This document shows, piece after piece, positions 51,819-62,617 of a DNA stretch of 64,000 bases (within the stretch, counting starts at the first letter, position 1; every line of letters begins with the position of its first letter). The DNA lies in assembly GCA_038229875.1 (NCBI GenBank), contig JBBROA010000002.1, forward strand, positions 1,713-65,712, written 5' to 3'. Under the pieces are notes generated by a model. The model ran no database searches and was not told where the DNA came from. It was given only the letters and a program-made list of their open reading frames with translations. The DNA comes from Thermoanaerobaculia bacterium (GTDB lineage: Bacteria > Acidobacteriota > Thermoanaerobaculia > UBA5066 > Gp7-AA6). The position numbers were made by a program, and so were the translations under genes.

Positions 51819-53288
51819 TCATCCCCGTCCCGCCTCTCCCGAAAGCTCCGTCGGATGCGGCCGGTACGGGCCCGGCCGGTCGCCGCACAGCCGGGGCGTC
51901 GGGAACACCTTACCGGGATTGAATCGGTTCGCCGGGTCGAACGCGCAGCGCACGCGGCCCATCGTGTCGAGATCTCCCTCCGCGAACATCTCCGCCATGT
52001 ATGGCGCCTTGTCCGCGCCAACGCCGTGCTCCCCCGTGATCGATCCGCCCGATCGGATGCAGATCCGGAGGACTTCCCCGCCGAGCTCCTCGGCGCGCTT
52101 CTCCTCTCCCGGAACGCGCGCGTCGTAGAGCACGAGGGGATGCAGGTTGCCGTCGCCCGCGTGAAACACGTTCGCCACCCGCAGCCCCGCCGCGACCGCG
52201 AGCGCCTTGATCTCGCGGAGTACGGGCGCGATCGACGAGCGCGGGATCACCCCGTCCTGCACGATGTAGTTCGGGCTGATGCGTCCCACGGCGGCAAACG
52301 CGCTCTTGCGCCCCTTCCACATCAGCTGCCGCTCGTTCTCGTCCCGCGGGCGGCGGATCTCGATCGCGCCGGCAGCGGCGGCGAGGCGCGTCGCCGACTC
52401 CGAGGTGTGCTCGACTTCCGCCAGCGGCCCGTCCACGTCCATCAGCAGGGCGGCGCCGACGTCGGGCCAGTCCACGCCGGTCGCAGCCTTCGCGGCCACG
52501 ATCGCCAGCCGGTCCATCATCTCGATCGCCGCCGGCACGATCCCGGACGCGATGATCGCCGACACGGCGTGACCGGCTTCGTCGGTCGAAGGAAACGTCG
52601 CGAAGAACGTACGCGTCGCTTCGGGCTTCCGGAGGATCCGCAGCACGACCTCGGTGACGATGCCGAGCATGCCTTCACTCCCGACAAGGACGCCGAGCAG
52701 GTCATATCCCGGAGCGTCACCGACCGGCCCCCCAAGATCGAGGACCGAGCCATCGCCGAGGACGATCCGGGCCCCGAGGACGTGATTCACGGTGAAACCG
52801 TATTTCAGACAGTGCGCTCCGCCGGAGTTCTCCGCGACGTTGCCGCCGATCGTGCAGACGCTCTGCGAGGAAGGATCCGGCGCGTAGTAGTAGCCCTCGG
52901 GAGAGATCCGCTTGCTGACGTCCAGGTTGATCACGCCCGGCTCGACCCGCATCCACTCGTTCTCGTAATCGACCTCGAGGATCTTCTTCATGCGGGCGAG
53001 GCCGATGACGACGCAGCCGGCCACCGGGAGAGCGCCGCCGGACAACCCCGTCCCGGCTCCGCGAGCCACAATCGGAAGCCCGTCGTGCGCCGCGAGGCGC
53101 ACGACGGCGGCGACTTCCGCGGTCGACGCGGGCAGAACCACCAGCCCGGGCGTGACGCGGAAGCTCGCAAGGCCGTCGCTCTCGTAGGTTCGCAGCTGCT
53201 CGGGCTCGCTGACGCAGTGGCTCCTTCCGACGATCGCGGCCATGCCCGCCAGGACGCTCTCGGGGACCGCGGACGAGGAGGCGCTCAT
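51819..53288 (-). CDS. glcD: glycolate oxidase subunit GlcD (FAD-linked oxidase)
   Basis: PIVARGAGTGLSGGALP and the C-terminal ITGEHGVGADKAPYM are typical of GlcD/D-lactate dehydrogenase. Confidence 0.9.
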   Translation of the reverse strand: MSASSSAVPESVLAGMAAIVGRSHCVSEPEQLRTYESDGLASFRVTPGLVVLPASTAEVAAVVRLAAHDGLPIVARGAGTGLSGGALPVAGCVVIGLARMKKILEVDYENEWMRVEPGVINLDVSKRISPEGYYYAPDPSSQSVCTIGGNVAENSGGAHCLKYGFTVNHVLGARIVLGDGSVLDLGGPVGDAPGYDLLGVLVGSEGMLGIVTEVVLRILRKPEATRTFFATFPSTDEAGHAVSAIIASGIVPAAIEMMDRLAIVAAKAATGVDWPDVGAALLMDVDGPLAEVEHTSESATRLAAAAGAIEIRRPRDENERQLMWKGRKSAFAAVGRISPNYIVQDGVIPRSSIAPVLREIKALAVAAGLRVANVFHAGDGNLHPLVLYDARVPGEEKRAEELGGEVLRICIRSGGSITGEHGVGADKAPYMAEMFAEGDLDTMGRVRCAFDPANRFNPGKVFPTPRLCGDRPGPYRPHPTELSGEAGRG

Positions 53289-53310
53289 GCCCGAAGTCCT
53301 CCCATGCGCG

Positions 53311-54888
53311 CTATTCGAGGAGGCGATACGCCGGAAACGTCAGGAACTCGGTGAAGCGCGGACTCTCGACCAGCTCGTCCAGGATCTTCGCGGCCTCTCC
53401 GAGCTGCCCGGCTCCGCCACCGCCTCCTCCGAGCGCAGCCAGCTCTTCGGACCGCACTTTCCGGTAGAGCTCGAGCGTCACGCGGGTGCCGTCCGAGAGT
53501 GAGGCGCCGTTATGGATCCATTGCCAGAGCTGGGAGCGGGAGATTTCCGCGGTGGCGACGTCCTCCATGAGGTTGAAGATCGCCGCGGCGCCGTTGCCCT
53601 GCAGCCAGGAGCTCAAGTACTGGAGCGCAACGTTCACGTTGTTTCGAAACCCGGCCTCCGTCACCGAGGCGCCGGGGACGCGCGTGTCCGTGAGCATTGC
53701 CGCAGTCGTTTTCACGTCGTCGCGAAGCCGTTCCTTCTGATTCGGCCGGCCGGCGAGCGCCTTCTCGAAGACCTCTCGTGCGATTGCGACGAGACCGGGA
53801 TGCGCGACCCAGGTTCCGTCGAAACCGTCGGAGGCCTCGCGCTGCTTGTCCTGGCGCACTTTCGCCAGCGCGGCCTCGTTGACCTCGGGGTCTTTGCGGC
53901 TCGGGATGAAAGGCGCCATGCCCCCCATCGCGTGCGCGCGGCGGCGGTGGCACGTGGCAACCAGCAGCTCTGTGTACGCCCGCATGAAAGGGACCGTCAT
54001 CGTCAGCTGAGCGCGCTCGGGCAGCACGAGGTCTTTGCGCTCACGCAGGGTCTTGATTGTCGAGAAGAGGTAGTCCCACCGCCCGGCATTCAGCCCGCTC
54101 GCATGCTCCTTCAACTCCCATAGGATCTCGTCCATCGCGAACGCGGCGGGAAAAGTCTCGACGAGCACGGTCGCGCGGAACGTGCCCCGCGGGATCTCGA
54201 GCTTCTCCTGCGCGAACAGAAAGACGTCGTTCCACAGGCGCGCCTCGAGCGGGCTCTCCATCTTCGGCAGGTAGAAGTACGGCGCCGTGCCCCGGGCCAC
54301 GCGCTCGCGCGCGTTGTGGAAGACATACAGGCCGAAGTCGAACAGGCTCGCGGAGATCGGATTCCCGTCGACCTCGACGTGTTTCTCGGGGAGGTGCCAG
54401 CCGCGGGGTCGGACCATGAGAGTCGCGACCTCGGGATTCAGGCGATAGCTCTTCCCCTCCGGGCTGTCCCACGAGATCTCCCCCCGGACCGCGTCGATCA
54501 GGTTCAATTGACCGGTGACGACGTTCTCCCAGGTGGGCGAAAGCGAGTCTTCGAAGTCCGCCATGAAAACGTCGGCGCCCGAGTTCAGGGCGTTGATCAT
54601 CATCTTGCGCTCGACCGGTCCCGTGATCTCGACCCAGCGGCGCTCGAGGTCCGGAGGCGCGGGGGCGACCGTCCAGTCATCCCGCCGGACCGATTCGGTT
54701 TCGGAAGGGAAGTCCGGCAGCTCCCCGGCGTCGAAACGCGCCTGCCGCTGTGCCCGCCTCGCCAGAAGGTCCTGGCGTGTCGGCTCGAACCGCCGCGCCA
54801 GAGACTCGACGAAGGCCAGAGCGCCGTCGGACAGGACCGTCTCCGCGGATCCAAGCGATCTCCCGAGGACCTGAACTCCGCTCGCCAT
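53311..54888 (-). CDS. aceB: malate synthase A
   Basis: [15 protein letters not shown] and the full-length malate synthase A pattern. It sits 22 nt upstream of glcD. Confidence 0.92.
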   Translation of the reverse strand: MASGVQVLGRSLGSAETVLSDGALAFVESLARRFEPTRQDLLARRAQRQARFDAGELPDFPSETESVRRDDWTVAPAPPDLERRWVEITGPVERKMMINALNSGADVFMADFEDSLSPTWENVVTGQLNLIDAVRGEISWDSPEGKSYRLNPEVATLMVRPRGWHLPEKHVEVDGNPISASLFDFGLYVFHNARERVARGTAPYFYLPKMESPLEARLWNDVFLFAQEKLEIPRGTFRATVLVETFPAAFAMDEILWELKEHASGLNAGRWDYLFSTIKTLRERKDLVLPERAQLTMTVPFMRAYTELLVATCHRRRAHAMGGMAPFIPSRKDPEVNEAALAKVRQDKQREASDGFDGTWVAHPGLVAIAREVFEKALAGRPNQKERLRDDVKTTAAMLTDTRVPGASVTEAGFRNNVNVALQYLSSWLQGNGAAAIFNLMEDVATAEISRSQLWQWIHNGASLSDGTRVTLELYRKVRSEELAALGGGGGGAGQLGEAAKILDELVESPRFTEFLTFPAYRLLE

Positions 54889-55069
54889 GCTCTCCTCCCG
54901 GACAAAACCCTTCCGAGACTACCTCAGCCATTGGACAGCGCCCGGCCGCCTGCCCGCTTCTTTTTTGCCTTCGGGATGTCCGGCGTGTGGCATACGATTC
55001 GGAGCAATCGAAGAGGTCCCTGTATCAAGCGGGGGTCATCCATCTGATGGCTCCAGAGAGGGAGACGCC

Positions 55070-56374
55070 ATGAAGGATCGTCCGAAAAAAGAGAGCCGTT
55101 TCGGGATCGGCCGGCGGGAATTCCTGAAGGCGACGCTGGCGGCCGGCGCGGCCCTCGCGGCGCCGACGGTGTTCGTCCGCAACGTCTTTGCGCAGGACCG
55201 GGTGCTCAAGGTCGTGCACTGGAAACACTTCGTCCCCGACTACGACAAGTATTTCGACGTGTTCGCCAAGGAGTTCGGAGAGAAGAACAAGTGTCGGGTC
55301 GAGGTCGACTACGTCGCCACCGCCGACCTGCCGACGGCCATCGCCGCCGACATCTCGCGGCGCGGCGGCCACGATGTGTTCCATCTGAACGGCACCGGCG
55401 CGTGGCTCTACGACCAGATTTTGGTCGACGTGTCCGAGGTCGCGAACCGGCTCGGCAAGGAGTTCGGTGGCTGGCTCCCGGAGGCGAAGGACATCGGCAT
55501 GGTGCGCGGGAAGTGGCTGGCGGTGCCCTCCTGGTACATCGCCTATCCGTTCATCATCAATCGGGGCTACTTCAACCAGGTCGGGGCTGACTACACGGAC
55601 AAGACCACCTGGCAGGATCTTCTCGTCTCGGGCGCGAAGCTGAAGAAGGCCGGTTATCCCTTCGGCATCCCCTACTCGCAGACACCGGACGCCAACGACA
55701 ACCTCCTTCCTCTGATGCTTTCGTTCAAGGCGTACCTCTATGACAAGGACGGAAAGGTCAACTTCCGCAAGAAGGAGATCGTCGACGTCCTGAAGTTCGG
55801 CGAACAGTTCTTCAAGGAGACGATGACGGACGAGGTTCTCTCGTGGGACGACACCTCCAACAACCGTTTCATCGCGTCGGGTAAGGGCTCGCTGGTCTGC
55901 AATCCCATCAGCGCGTATCGCACGGCCGCGAAGGACAACCCGGACGTCTACAAGAATCTCGAAGTCGTCAAGACGCCCCTCGGTCCCGCCGGTCGGGTCA
56001 ACGGCGCCCGCACGATGTCGTACGGCATCTACAACTTCTCCAAGGCCCAGGACCTCGGCAAGGAATTTCTCTATGCGATGAATACCGCGGGCCTCAAGGG
56101 CATGGAAGCGTCCACCGGCTACAACCATCCGATGCTGAAGGCGTTCTGGAATAAGCCGATGCCGGTTCTCGGGCACGAGCCGAAGCTCGAGCTTCTGCAG
56201 GAGTTCCAGAACGACGTGAAGTTCATCGGCTATCCCGGCCCGATGACGAAGACGGCGACGACCATGTACGCCAAGTTCATCGTGCCGACGATGTTCGCGG
56301 AAGTCGCCAAGGGCAAGTCGCCCCGCGCGGCGATGGAAGACGCGGAGCAGAAGCTGCGGGCGGTTAGCGTCTGA
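55070..56374 (+). CDS. ABC transporter substrate-binding protein (Tat signal), operon 2 (paralogue of 35605)
   Basis: GRREFLKATLAAGAALAAP. It aligns along its length to SBP1 (HWKHFVPDYDKYFD against QWSHFVPGYDKWFD). Confidence 0.85.
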   Translation: MKDRPKKESRFGIGRREFLKATLAAGAALAAPTVFVRNVFAQDRVLKVVHWKHFVPDYDKYFDVFAKEFGEKNKCRVEVDYVATADLPTAIAADISRRGGHDVFHLNGTGAWLYDQILVDVSEVANRLGKEFGGWLPEAKDIGMVRGKWLAVPSWYIAYPFIINRGYFNQVGADYTDKTTWQDLLVSGAKLKKAGYPFGIPYSQTPDANDNLLPLMLSFKAYLYDKDGKVNFRKKEIVDVLKFGEQFFKETMTDEVLSWDDTSNNRFIASGKGSLVCNPISAYRTAAKDNPDVYKNLEVVKTPLGPAGRVNGARTMSYGIYNFSKAQDLGKEFLYAMNTAGLKGMEASTGYNHPMLKAFWNKPMPVLGHEPKLELLQEFQNDVKFIGYPGPMTKTATTMYAKFIVPTMFAEVAKGKSPRAAMEDAEQKLRAVSV

Positions 56375-56454
56375 AGGTGCGCGCCGGGCGCCGGGCGGGG
56401 GCGGAATTTCGCCTCTTCCCGGCGTCTGCTCTCCCCTCCTCGTAAACCTGCCCC

Positions 56455-57570
56455 ATGGCCGAAGTCGTCCTCGAGCGGGTGGAAAAGCGGTTCGGCGACG
56501 TCCGGGCGGTCGCCGGAATCGACCTGACCATACGCGACAAGGAATTCGTGATCCTGGTCGGCCCGTCCGGGTGCGGAAAAACGACCACCCTTCGGATGAT
56601 CGCGGGCCTCGAGGAAGTCTCGGGCGGCGACATCCGGATCAGCGGCCACTCGGTCACGCATCTCCCTCCACGCGACCGCGACATCGCGATGGTCTTCCAG
56701 AGCTACGCGCTGTATCCGCACATGACGGTCGCGCGGAACATGTCTTTTTCTCTCCGTCTGCGCGGCATGCCGCGCGACCAGATCAATCAGAGGGTCCGCG
56801 AGGTCGCTGAAATCCTGGGGCTCGCGGACCATCTCGACCGCAAGCCGCGGCAGCTCTCGGGCGGCCAGAGGCAGCGGGTCGCCGTGGGAGCGGCCCTCTG
56901 CCGGCAGGCGGGCGTGCTCCTCTTCGACGAGCCCCTCTCGAACCTGGACGCGAAGCTCCGCGTCCACATGCGCACGGAATTGAAGAGGCTGCACCAGAGC
57001 GTGCAGTCCACGATGGTGTACGTGACCCATGACCAGGTCGAAGCGATGACGATGGGAGATCGGATCGTCATCATGAACGCCGGCGTGATCTGCCAGGTGG
57101 GCACGCCGCTCGAGGTCTACGACCGGCCCGCGAGCCGTTTCGTCGCCGGATTCATCGGCAGCCCACCGATGAATTTTTTCGAAGGCGAGCTCGTGTCGGA
57201 TGGCTCGGCCGTCGCTCTCGCCCTGCCCGGCGATCTCAAGCTCGAGCTCCCCCGGCCGGAGCTCGCGTCCCGCGTGGGAAAGAAAATCTCGTTCGGCATA
57301 CGGCCCGAGCACATTTCCGTGGCACAGAGCGGCCGCGCCCTCTCCGATCTCGCGTGGGCCGCCGTTGCGAGCCCGGCAAAAGTCCCCGCGGTCATCGAGG
57401 TCGTCGAGCCGCTCGGGCATCGCGTCGTGGTCACGGCGCGCGGCGAGGCGGGCACCTTCCAGATGGAGACCGAGATCCACGCCGGTGTGCGACAGGGCGA
57501 CCGGGTGGATCTGTGGTTCGACATGAACCGCGCGTACCTCTTCGACGGCGAGACGGAGGCGACTCTCTGA
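56455..57570 (+). CDS. ABC transporter ATP-binding protein, operon 2
   Basis: GPSGCGKTT, LSGGQRQRVAVGAA, LFDEPLSNLD, TOBE-like C-terminus. Confidence 0.92.
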   Translation: MAEVVLERVEKRFGDVRAVAGIDLTIRDKEFVILVGPSGCGKTTTLRMIAGLEEVSGGDIRISGHSVTHLPPRDRDIAMVFQSYALYPHMTVARNMSFSLRLRGMPRDQINQRVREVAEILGLADHLDRKPRQLSGGQRQRVAVGAALCRQAGVLLFDEPLSNLDAKLRVHMRTELKRLHQSVQSTMVYVTHDQVEAMTMGDRIVIMNAGVICQVGTPLEVYDRPASRFVAGFIGSPPMNFFEGELVSDGSAVALALPGDLKLELPRPELASRVGKKISFGIRPEHISVAQSGRALSDLAWAAVASPAKVPAVIEVVEPLGHRVVVTARGEAGTFQMETEIHAGVRQGDRVDLWFDMNRAYLFDGETEATL

Positions 57571-58904
57571 GCGCGGCGCCGCCTCGCAAACCGCCCGCGG
57601 CAGCCCCAGCCCCGCCGCGAAAGCCGCGCGCGCGGCTCTTCGACCGCGAGGCGCCGCTCGGGTATGCGCTCGTGCTGCCCGCCGCCCTGTACCTCACCCT
57701 CTTCATCGCTTACCCGTTCGGCATGTCGATCTACCTCTCGCTCTCCGACGCCCAGGCCGGCAACCAGAAGTGGAGCTACATCGGAACCGCGAATTACTCG
57801 AAGATCCAGAGCTACGACCTCCTCGCGAACGACTTCGTGATCGGCCGGTTTTCCTCCGAAGCCGCTGCCCGCGCCTTTCTCGCCGGCCGCGCCGGCTTCA
57901 AGGTGGAGACCTCCGCGGCTCCGGGCGGAGGCTCCCGCGCGGCCATTGTCGCCGCCGGAAAATCCATCCCGCTCCTCGACATGGCCAAGGAGGACGACGC
58001 CACCTTCGCCGCGTCGACGATCCTCCAGGACACGGACTGGACCGTGCGCCCCTCCGGCGGTTACGCGGAGGTCGTCGCCCACGCGAAGGAATCCTCGATC
58101 ACGCTGGGGACGTTCGACACCCGCGCCGCCGTGGACCTCGCCGCGAAAAAGCTGCTCGTGCCCGCCACGACGCGCGTCGACATCCACGGCACCGGCGTCC
58201 TCCAAGACCCGAATTTCCTTCTCGCCCTGAAGAACACGTTCAAGTACACGTTCGGGACCGAGATCCTGAAGCTCCTGATCGGCGTGCCCTGCGCCCTGCT
58301 CTTGAACCGCAAGTTCGGAGGGCGGCGCCTGCTGCGCGGGCTCGTCGTGATCCCGTGGGTCATCCCGATCGCGATCAGCGCCCAGGCGTGGCTGTGGATT
58401 CTCGACTCGACCTACAGCGTCATCAACTGGTGCCTGGTGCACTGGGGATTTCTCTCTCCCCAGCACATCATCAACTTCCGCGGCGACAAGGACCTGGCGA
58501 TGCTGTCCGTCATCGCCGTGAACGTCTGGCGGGGATTCCCGTTCACGACGATCATCATCCTGGCGGGGCTGACGGCGATTCCGGACGAGATCCTGGAGCG
58601 CGCGAAGCTCGAAGGGGCGAACGGCTTTCAGCGCTTCGTGCACATCATCTCGCCGATGGTGCGGCCGATTCTCATGGTGTCCCTGCTCTTCTCGGTGATC
58701 TTCTCGTTCACCGACTTCAACACGATCTGGATCATCACCAAGGGCGGCCCGTTCGATCAGACGCAGGTGCTCGCGACGTACGCGTACCAGCTCGGCGTGA
58801 ACGCGGGCTACCTCGGAAAGGGAGCCGCGACGTCACTGTTCATGTTCCCGATCATGGCCATCATGGTGTTCTTCATGCTCCAGTTCCTTCGGCGGGAAGC
58901 GTGA
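57567..58904 (+). CDS. ABC transporter permease (MalF-like, large periplasmic loop), operon 2; start uncertain
   Basis: The in-frame region follows the ATPase stop directly. Candidate starts are CTG at 57567 or GTG further in (MLPAALYLTLF...). It has an EAA loop (AKLEGANGFQRFVHIISPMV). The long track ORF 57354..58904 includes an antisense 5' extension. Confidence 0.78.
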   Translation: MSAAPPRKPPAAAPAPPRKPRARLFDREAPLGYALVLPAALYLTLFIAYPFGMSIYLSLSDAQAGNQKWSYIGTANYSKIQSYDLLANDFVIGRFSSEAAARAFLAGRAGFKVETSAAPGGGSRAAIVAAGKSIPLLDMAKEDDATFAASTILQDTDWTVRPSGGYAEVVAHAKESSITLGTFDTRAAVDLAAKKLLVPATTRVDIHGTGVLQDPNFLLALKNTFKYTFGTEILKLLIGVPCALLLNRKFGGRRLLRGLVVIPWVIPIAISAQAWLWILDSTYSVINWCLVHWGFLSPQHIINFRGDKDLAMLSVIAVNVWRGFPFTTIIILAGLTAIPDEILERAKLEGANGFQRFVHIISPMVRPILMVSLLFSVIFSFTDFNTIWIITKGGPFDQTQVLATYAYQLGVNAGYLGKGAATSLFMFPIMAIMVFFMLQFLRREA

Positions 58905-60010
58905 GCTCGCGCGGGTATCTCCTCTGGCGCCGGATCCGGCCATCTCTCATCTCGTACGCGGGCCTCGCGCCGTTTCTCGCATTCGCCCTGTTCCCCTTCT
59001 ACTGGATGCTGATCACTTCTCTCAAGGCCGACCCGAACCTGTACGACTTGAAGCGCAACCCTTTCTGGTTCTCGAGCGTCGACGGCAACACGCACCGGCC
59101 GTACCACAAGGACATCATCGTGCCGGCGTCGTTTCCGGAGGGCGTCATCCAGTGGAAGGTGACATCAGGCGCGGCGACCACCCGCAGCGACAGCGTGCAG
59201 AACCCCGAGCCCATCGCCTTCATCGGCTCCCGGAAAGTCGAGAGCCCGGTGGACGGAAAGCTCGCGGCCATCCGCGTGCCGTCGGGTTCGATCGCGCATC
59301 CGAACGAGGTGATCGGGTTCATCGAAGTGGCCAGCCCCACCCTCACGCACTACCGGTATCTCGTCTCGACGCCGTTCTACCGGTGGCTGCGTGTGAGCCT
59401 GATCACCGGGCTCGTCGTGATGCTGATCACGCTGCTTCTCGCGGTGCCCGCCGCGTACGCCCTCGCGCGACTGAACTTCCGCGGCAACCGGATGCTCGGG
59501 ATCGTTATCTTCCTGACGTACCTAATCCCGCCGACCATCCTCTTCATCCCGTTCTCGCAGTTCGTCGGGGCGCTGAAGATCGACAACACGATCTGGTCGC
59601 TGATCCTGACCTACCCCACGTTCACGGTCCCGTTCTGCACGTGGCTCCTCATGGGCTTCTTCCGGAGCGTCCCGAAGGAAATCGAGGAGCGGGCGCTTTT
59701 AGACGGCGCGACGCGCATGCAGATGCTGCGGCTGGTCGTCATTCCCGTCGTACTCCCCGGCATCATCACAGCGGCGATCTTCGCCTTCACGCTCTCGTTC
59801 CAGGAGTACGTTTACGGGCTGACGTTCATCAGTTCGACCGTCAACCGGACGCTCCCGGTCGGGATTACTGTGGACATGGTGCGCGGCGACGTCTATTTCT
59901 GGGGACCCTTGATGGCCGCCGCGGTGCTGGGCTCGATCCCGGTGGTCATCGTCTACGCGCTCTCGCTCGACTACTTCATCTCCGGGATGACGACGGGGGC
60001 CGTGAAATGA
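58901..60010 (+). CDS. ABC transporter permease (MalG-like, with about 130-aa periplasmic insertion), operon 2
   Basis: GTG overlapping the upstream TGA (GTGA). EAA loop (ALLDGATRMQMLRLVVIP). The track ORF 57770..60010 is mostly a spurious upstream extension. Confidence 0.85.
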   Translation: MSSRGYLLWRRIRPSLISYAGLAPFLAFALFPFYWMLITSLKADPNLYDLKRNPFWFSSVDGNTHRPYHKDIIVPASFPEGVIQWKVTSGAATTRSDSVQNPEPIAFIGSRKVESPVDGKLAAIRVPSGSIAHPNEVIGFIEVASPTLTHYRYLVSTPFYRWLRVSLITGLVVMLITLLLAVPAAYALARLNFRGNRMLGIVIFLTYLIPPTILFIPFSQFVGALKIDNTIWSLILTYPTFTVPFCTWLLMGFFRSVPKEIEERALLDGATRMQMLRLVVIPVVLPGIITAAIFAFTLSFQEYVYGLTFISSTVNRTLPVGITVDMVRGDVYFWGPLMAAAVLGSIPVVIVYALSLDYFISGMTTGAVK

Positions 60011-60070
60011 CGCTCAGGTAGCCTCTCCGGACTCTCATACACCGCGGTGGCCTCCGGATAGGATTCCCGC

Positions 60071-61261
60071 GTGGAGCATCATCTCGACCCGGGATTTCTG
60101 CTCGCCTTTGCGGCGGCACTCGTCGGCGCCAAGCTCTTCGGAGAGATCGTCCAGCGGTTCGGTCAGCCCGCCGTTCTGGGAGAGCTCCTCGCGGGAGTGG
60201 CTCTCGGGCCCTCTGTTTTGGGTCTCGTGCCGCTTTCGGAGGGGATCTTTCTGCTCGCCGAAATCGGCGTGATGCTGCTGCTCTTCGAAGTGGGGCTCGA
60301 GACTGATCTCGGGGAGCTCGCCCGAGTGGGAGGCCCGGCCGTGCTCGTCGCGCTGCTCGGGATGGTGCTCCCTTTCGGAGGAGGCTTTCTGGTCATGAGG
60401 TTGCTCGGCTACCCGACGCTCGCGGCGGTTTTCGTCGGCGCCGCCCTGATGGCCACGTCGATTGGAATCACCGCAAGGATTCTCGGGGAGCTGAAGGTCC
60501 TGGCGACCCGGGAAGGCCAGATCATCCTGGGAGCGGCGGTGGCTGACGACGTCCTCGGGCTCGTGGTTCTCGCGGTTGTGAGTCAGATGGCGGACCGGGG
60601 AGCTGTCGAGTTTGGGGCGGTCGCCAGGTCGACCGGGCTTGCGATCGGTTTTCTGGCGGCGGCGCTCCTGCTGGGAATTCCGGTCGGAAAGCGGCTCGTC
60701 AAGGTCGTCGATCGCGCCGCCGTGCGTGGCATTCTCGTGGGAACCTCGGTTGCTCTGGCTCTGCTGCTGGCCTTCGCGGCCGCGAAGGCGGGCTCGGCGC
60801 CGATCGTCGGGGCGTTTGCCGCCGGACTCGTGCTCGCCCGGACCAACCGCCGTCACGAAATCGACACCGCATTGAAGCCGATCGTGGACATCTTCGCCCC
60901 GCTCTTCTTCGTTTTCGTCGGAGCGCAGGTGAACGTGGCCTTGTTGAACCCCGCGGTCGCTGAAAACCGGGCCGCGCTCCTGCTCGCGCTCTTGCTCACG
61001 GTCGTCGGGTTTCTCGGCAAGATGGCCGCAGGCTGGGGCGCCTGGGGAGGAGTCCGACGCGCCTTCATCGGAGCGGGGATGGTTCCGCGCGGTGAGGTCG
61101 GCCTCATTTTCGCGTCCATCGGACGCGCCACGGGAAGCCTTACCGAGCGCGTCTTCGTTGCGCTCGTTCTGACCGTCTTCGCGACGACATTCCTCGCGCC
61201 GCCGCTCTTGAAGGCCCTGCGGCCGCGTCCGATGAAACCATCCTCGCCGGCGGCCGTTTAG
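60071..61261 (+). CDS. cation:proton antiporter (CPA2 / Kef-type)
   Basis: 11-12 TM helices. GELLAGVALGPSVLG and LLFEVGLETD are the Na+/H+ exchanger family signatures. Confidence 0.85.
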   Translation: MEHHLDPGFLLAFAAALVGAKLFGEIVQRFGQPAVLGELLAGVALGPSVLGLVPLSEGIFLLAEIGVMLLLFEVGLETDLGELARVGGPAVLVALLGMVLPFGGGFLVMRLLGYPTLAAVFVGAALMATSIGITARILGELKVLATREGQIILGAAVADDVLGLVVLAVVSQMADRGAVEFGAVARSTGLAIGFLAAALLLGIPVGKRLVKVVDRAAVRGILVGTSVALALLLAFAAAKAGSAPIVGAFAAGLVLARTNRRHEIDTALKPIVDIFAPLFFVFVGAQVNVALLNPAVAENRAALLLALLLTVVGFLGKMAAGWGAWGGVRRAFIGAGMVPRGEVGLIFASIGRATGSLTERVFVALVLTVFATTFLAPPLLKALRPRPMKPSSPAAV

Positions 61262-62484
61262 ATGACGGCGCCCGGCGTCGCCGCCTTTCGGTCGGAAAAC
61301 TCCACCGGAAGTGCCTCGAGCCCCCGCAGGACCAATCCCCGCCGCCAGCGCAGCGCCTCCGGGGCGACGGCCAGTCGCAGGCTCGAAATGCGCCGGAACA
61401 GGGTTTCAAACGCGATCTGCCCCTCCAGGCGCGCGAGCGGCGCGCCCAGGCAATAGTGAACGCCCAGGCCGAATGCGAGGTGCCGGTTCGGCTCGCGCGC
61501 GATATCGACCGCGTCGGGGTCCGCGAATTGCCGCTCGTCCCGGTTCGCGGAGGCGAGCACCGCGTAGACGAGTGATCCTCCCGGAATCGTCACGCCGGCG
61601 ATCGTCACGTCTTCGCGCGCGAACCGTTCGGTCGCGGTCTCCAACGGGCCGCTGTGTCGTAGCAGCTCTTCCACCGCGGACCGAATCAGTCCGGGATCTT
61701 CTCGCAGCCTCTCCATCTGATCGGGATGCTCGAGGAGCGCCAGCGTGCCGTTCGCGATCAGGTTGACGGTCGTCTCGTGCCCGGCAATGAGGAGAAGGAA
61801 AACCATCGCCAGAAGCTCATCCTCACTGAGCTGTTCACCCGCTTCTTCGACCTGAACTAGAGCGCTCACGAGATCGGCGCGAGGTCTCGCCCGGCGAGCC
61901 TTCACCAGATTGCGTATATAGCGCAGGAACAGCACGGCGCTTGGGAGGGCCCGGATCATCCGCCAGCCGGACGGGTTGGACTGAACGATGGCGGCAGACC
62001 AGCGATGGAATTTGTGGCGGTCCTCGACCGGAACGCCGAGCATCTCCGCAATGATGGTCGTCGGGATCGGTAAGGCGTAATCGCGCACCAGGTCCATTTC
62101 TCCCCGCGCGACGCACCGGTCGAGAAGGTCCTCCGTGAGCTTCTGGATGCGCTCGCGCACCTGCTCGATCACGCGGGGCGTGAACGCCTTCTGGACCAGC
62201 GAGCGCAGCCGGGTGTGATCCGGCGGATCCACGTCCAGCATGTTGCGAGCCAACGGTCGGAACATGCCGGGGACCCACGGCTGTTTCGCCAGGACTTTTG
62301 ACCTGTCCTTCGCAAAACGATCGTCCTTCAAGACCGCGGCGACGTCGTCATACCGCGTCACGAGCCAGACAATCTGTTTGTCCGGTAAACGCACCGGGCA
62401 AACCGGCTCCTCGGCGCGCAGCCGCGCGTAAAACGGATACGGGTTGGCCTTGAAGGCAGGGCGCGCGATGTCCAGGCTGCGCAT
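61258..62484 (-). CDS. cytochrome P450
   Basis: [15 protein letters not shown] (heme Cys loop), AGHETT (I-helix), EELLR (ExxR). Confidence 0.9.
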   Translation of the reverse strand: MRSLDIARPAFKANPYPFYARLRAEEPVCPVRLPDKQIVWLVTRYDDVAAVLKDDRFAKDRSKVLAKQPWVPGMFRPLARNMLDVDPPDHTRLRSLVQKAFTPRVIEQVRERIQKLTEDLLDRCVARGEMDLVRDYALPIPTTIIAEMLGVPVEDRHKFHRWSAAIVQSNPSGWRMIRALPSAVLFLRYIRNLVKARRARPRADLVSALVQVEEAGEQLSEDELLAMVFLLLIAGHETTVNLIANGTLALLEHPDQMERLREDPGLIRSAVEELLRHSGPLETATERFAREDVTIAGVTIPGGSLVYAVLASANRDERQFADPDAVDIAREPNRHLAFGLGVHYCLGAPLARLEGQIAFETLFRRISSLRLAVAPEALRWRRGLVLRGLEALPVEFSDRKAATPGAVI

Positions 62485-62617
62485 CAGGATTATCAGGCGG
62501 CAGTGCCCGGATGGCGATTTCGCGACTCGGGGCCGCGAGAGGACAGAACCCAGGCATGAGGTCGGCTGAATGACAGTTCACACCTCCAGATCGGACGGCT
62601 CTCGGGACAGATCCCGG

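Noticed and set aside
54889-55069. sigma54 promoter upstream of the SBP2 gene or aceB (TGGCATACGATTCGGAGCA)
   Set aside because: The GG/GC spacing and the -12 element (TCGG, not TTGC) do not fit the consensus. Left uncalled.
57117-58643. 508-aa minus-strand ORF, and 60035..60856 (-)
   Set aside because: Antisense to the ABC permease and antiporter genes. No domains recognised.
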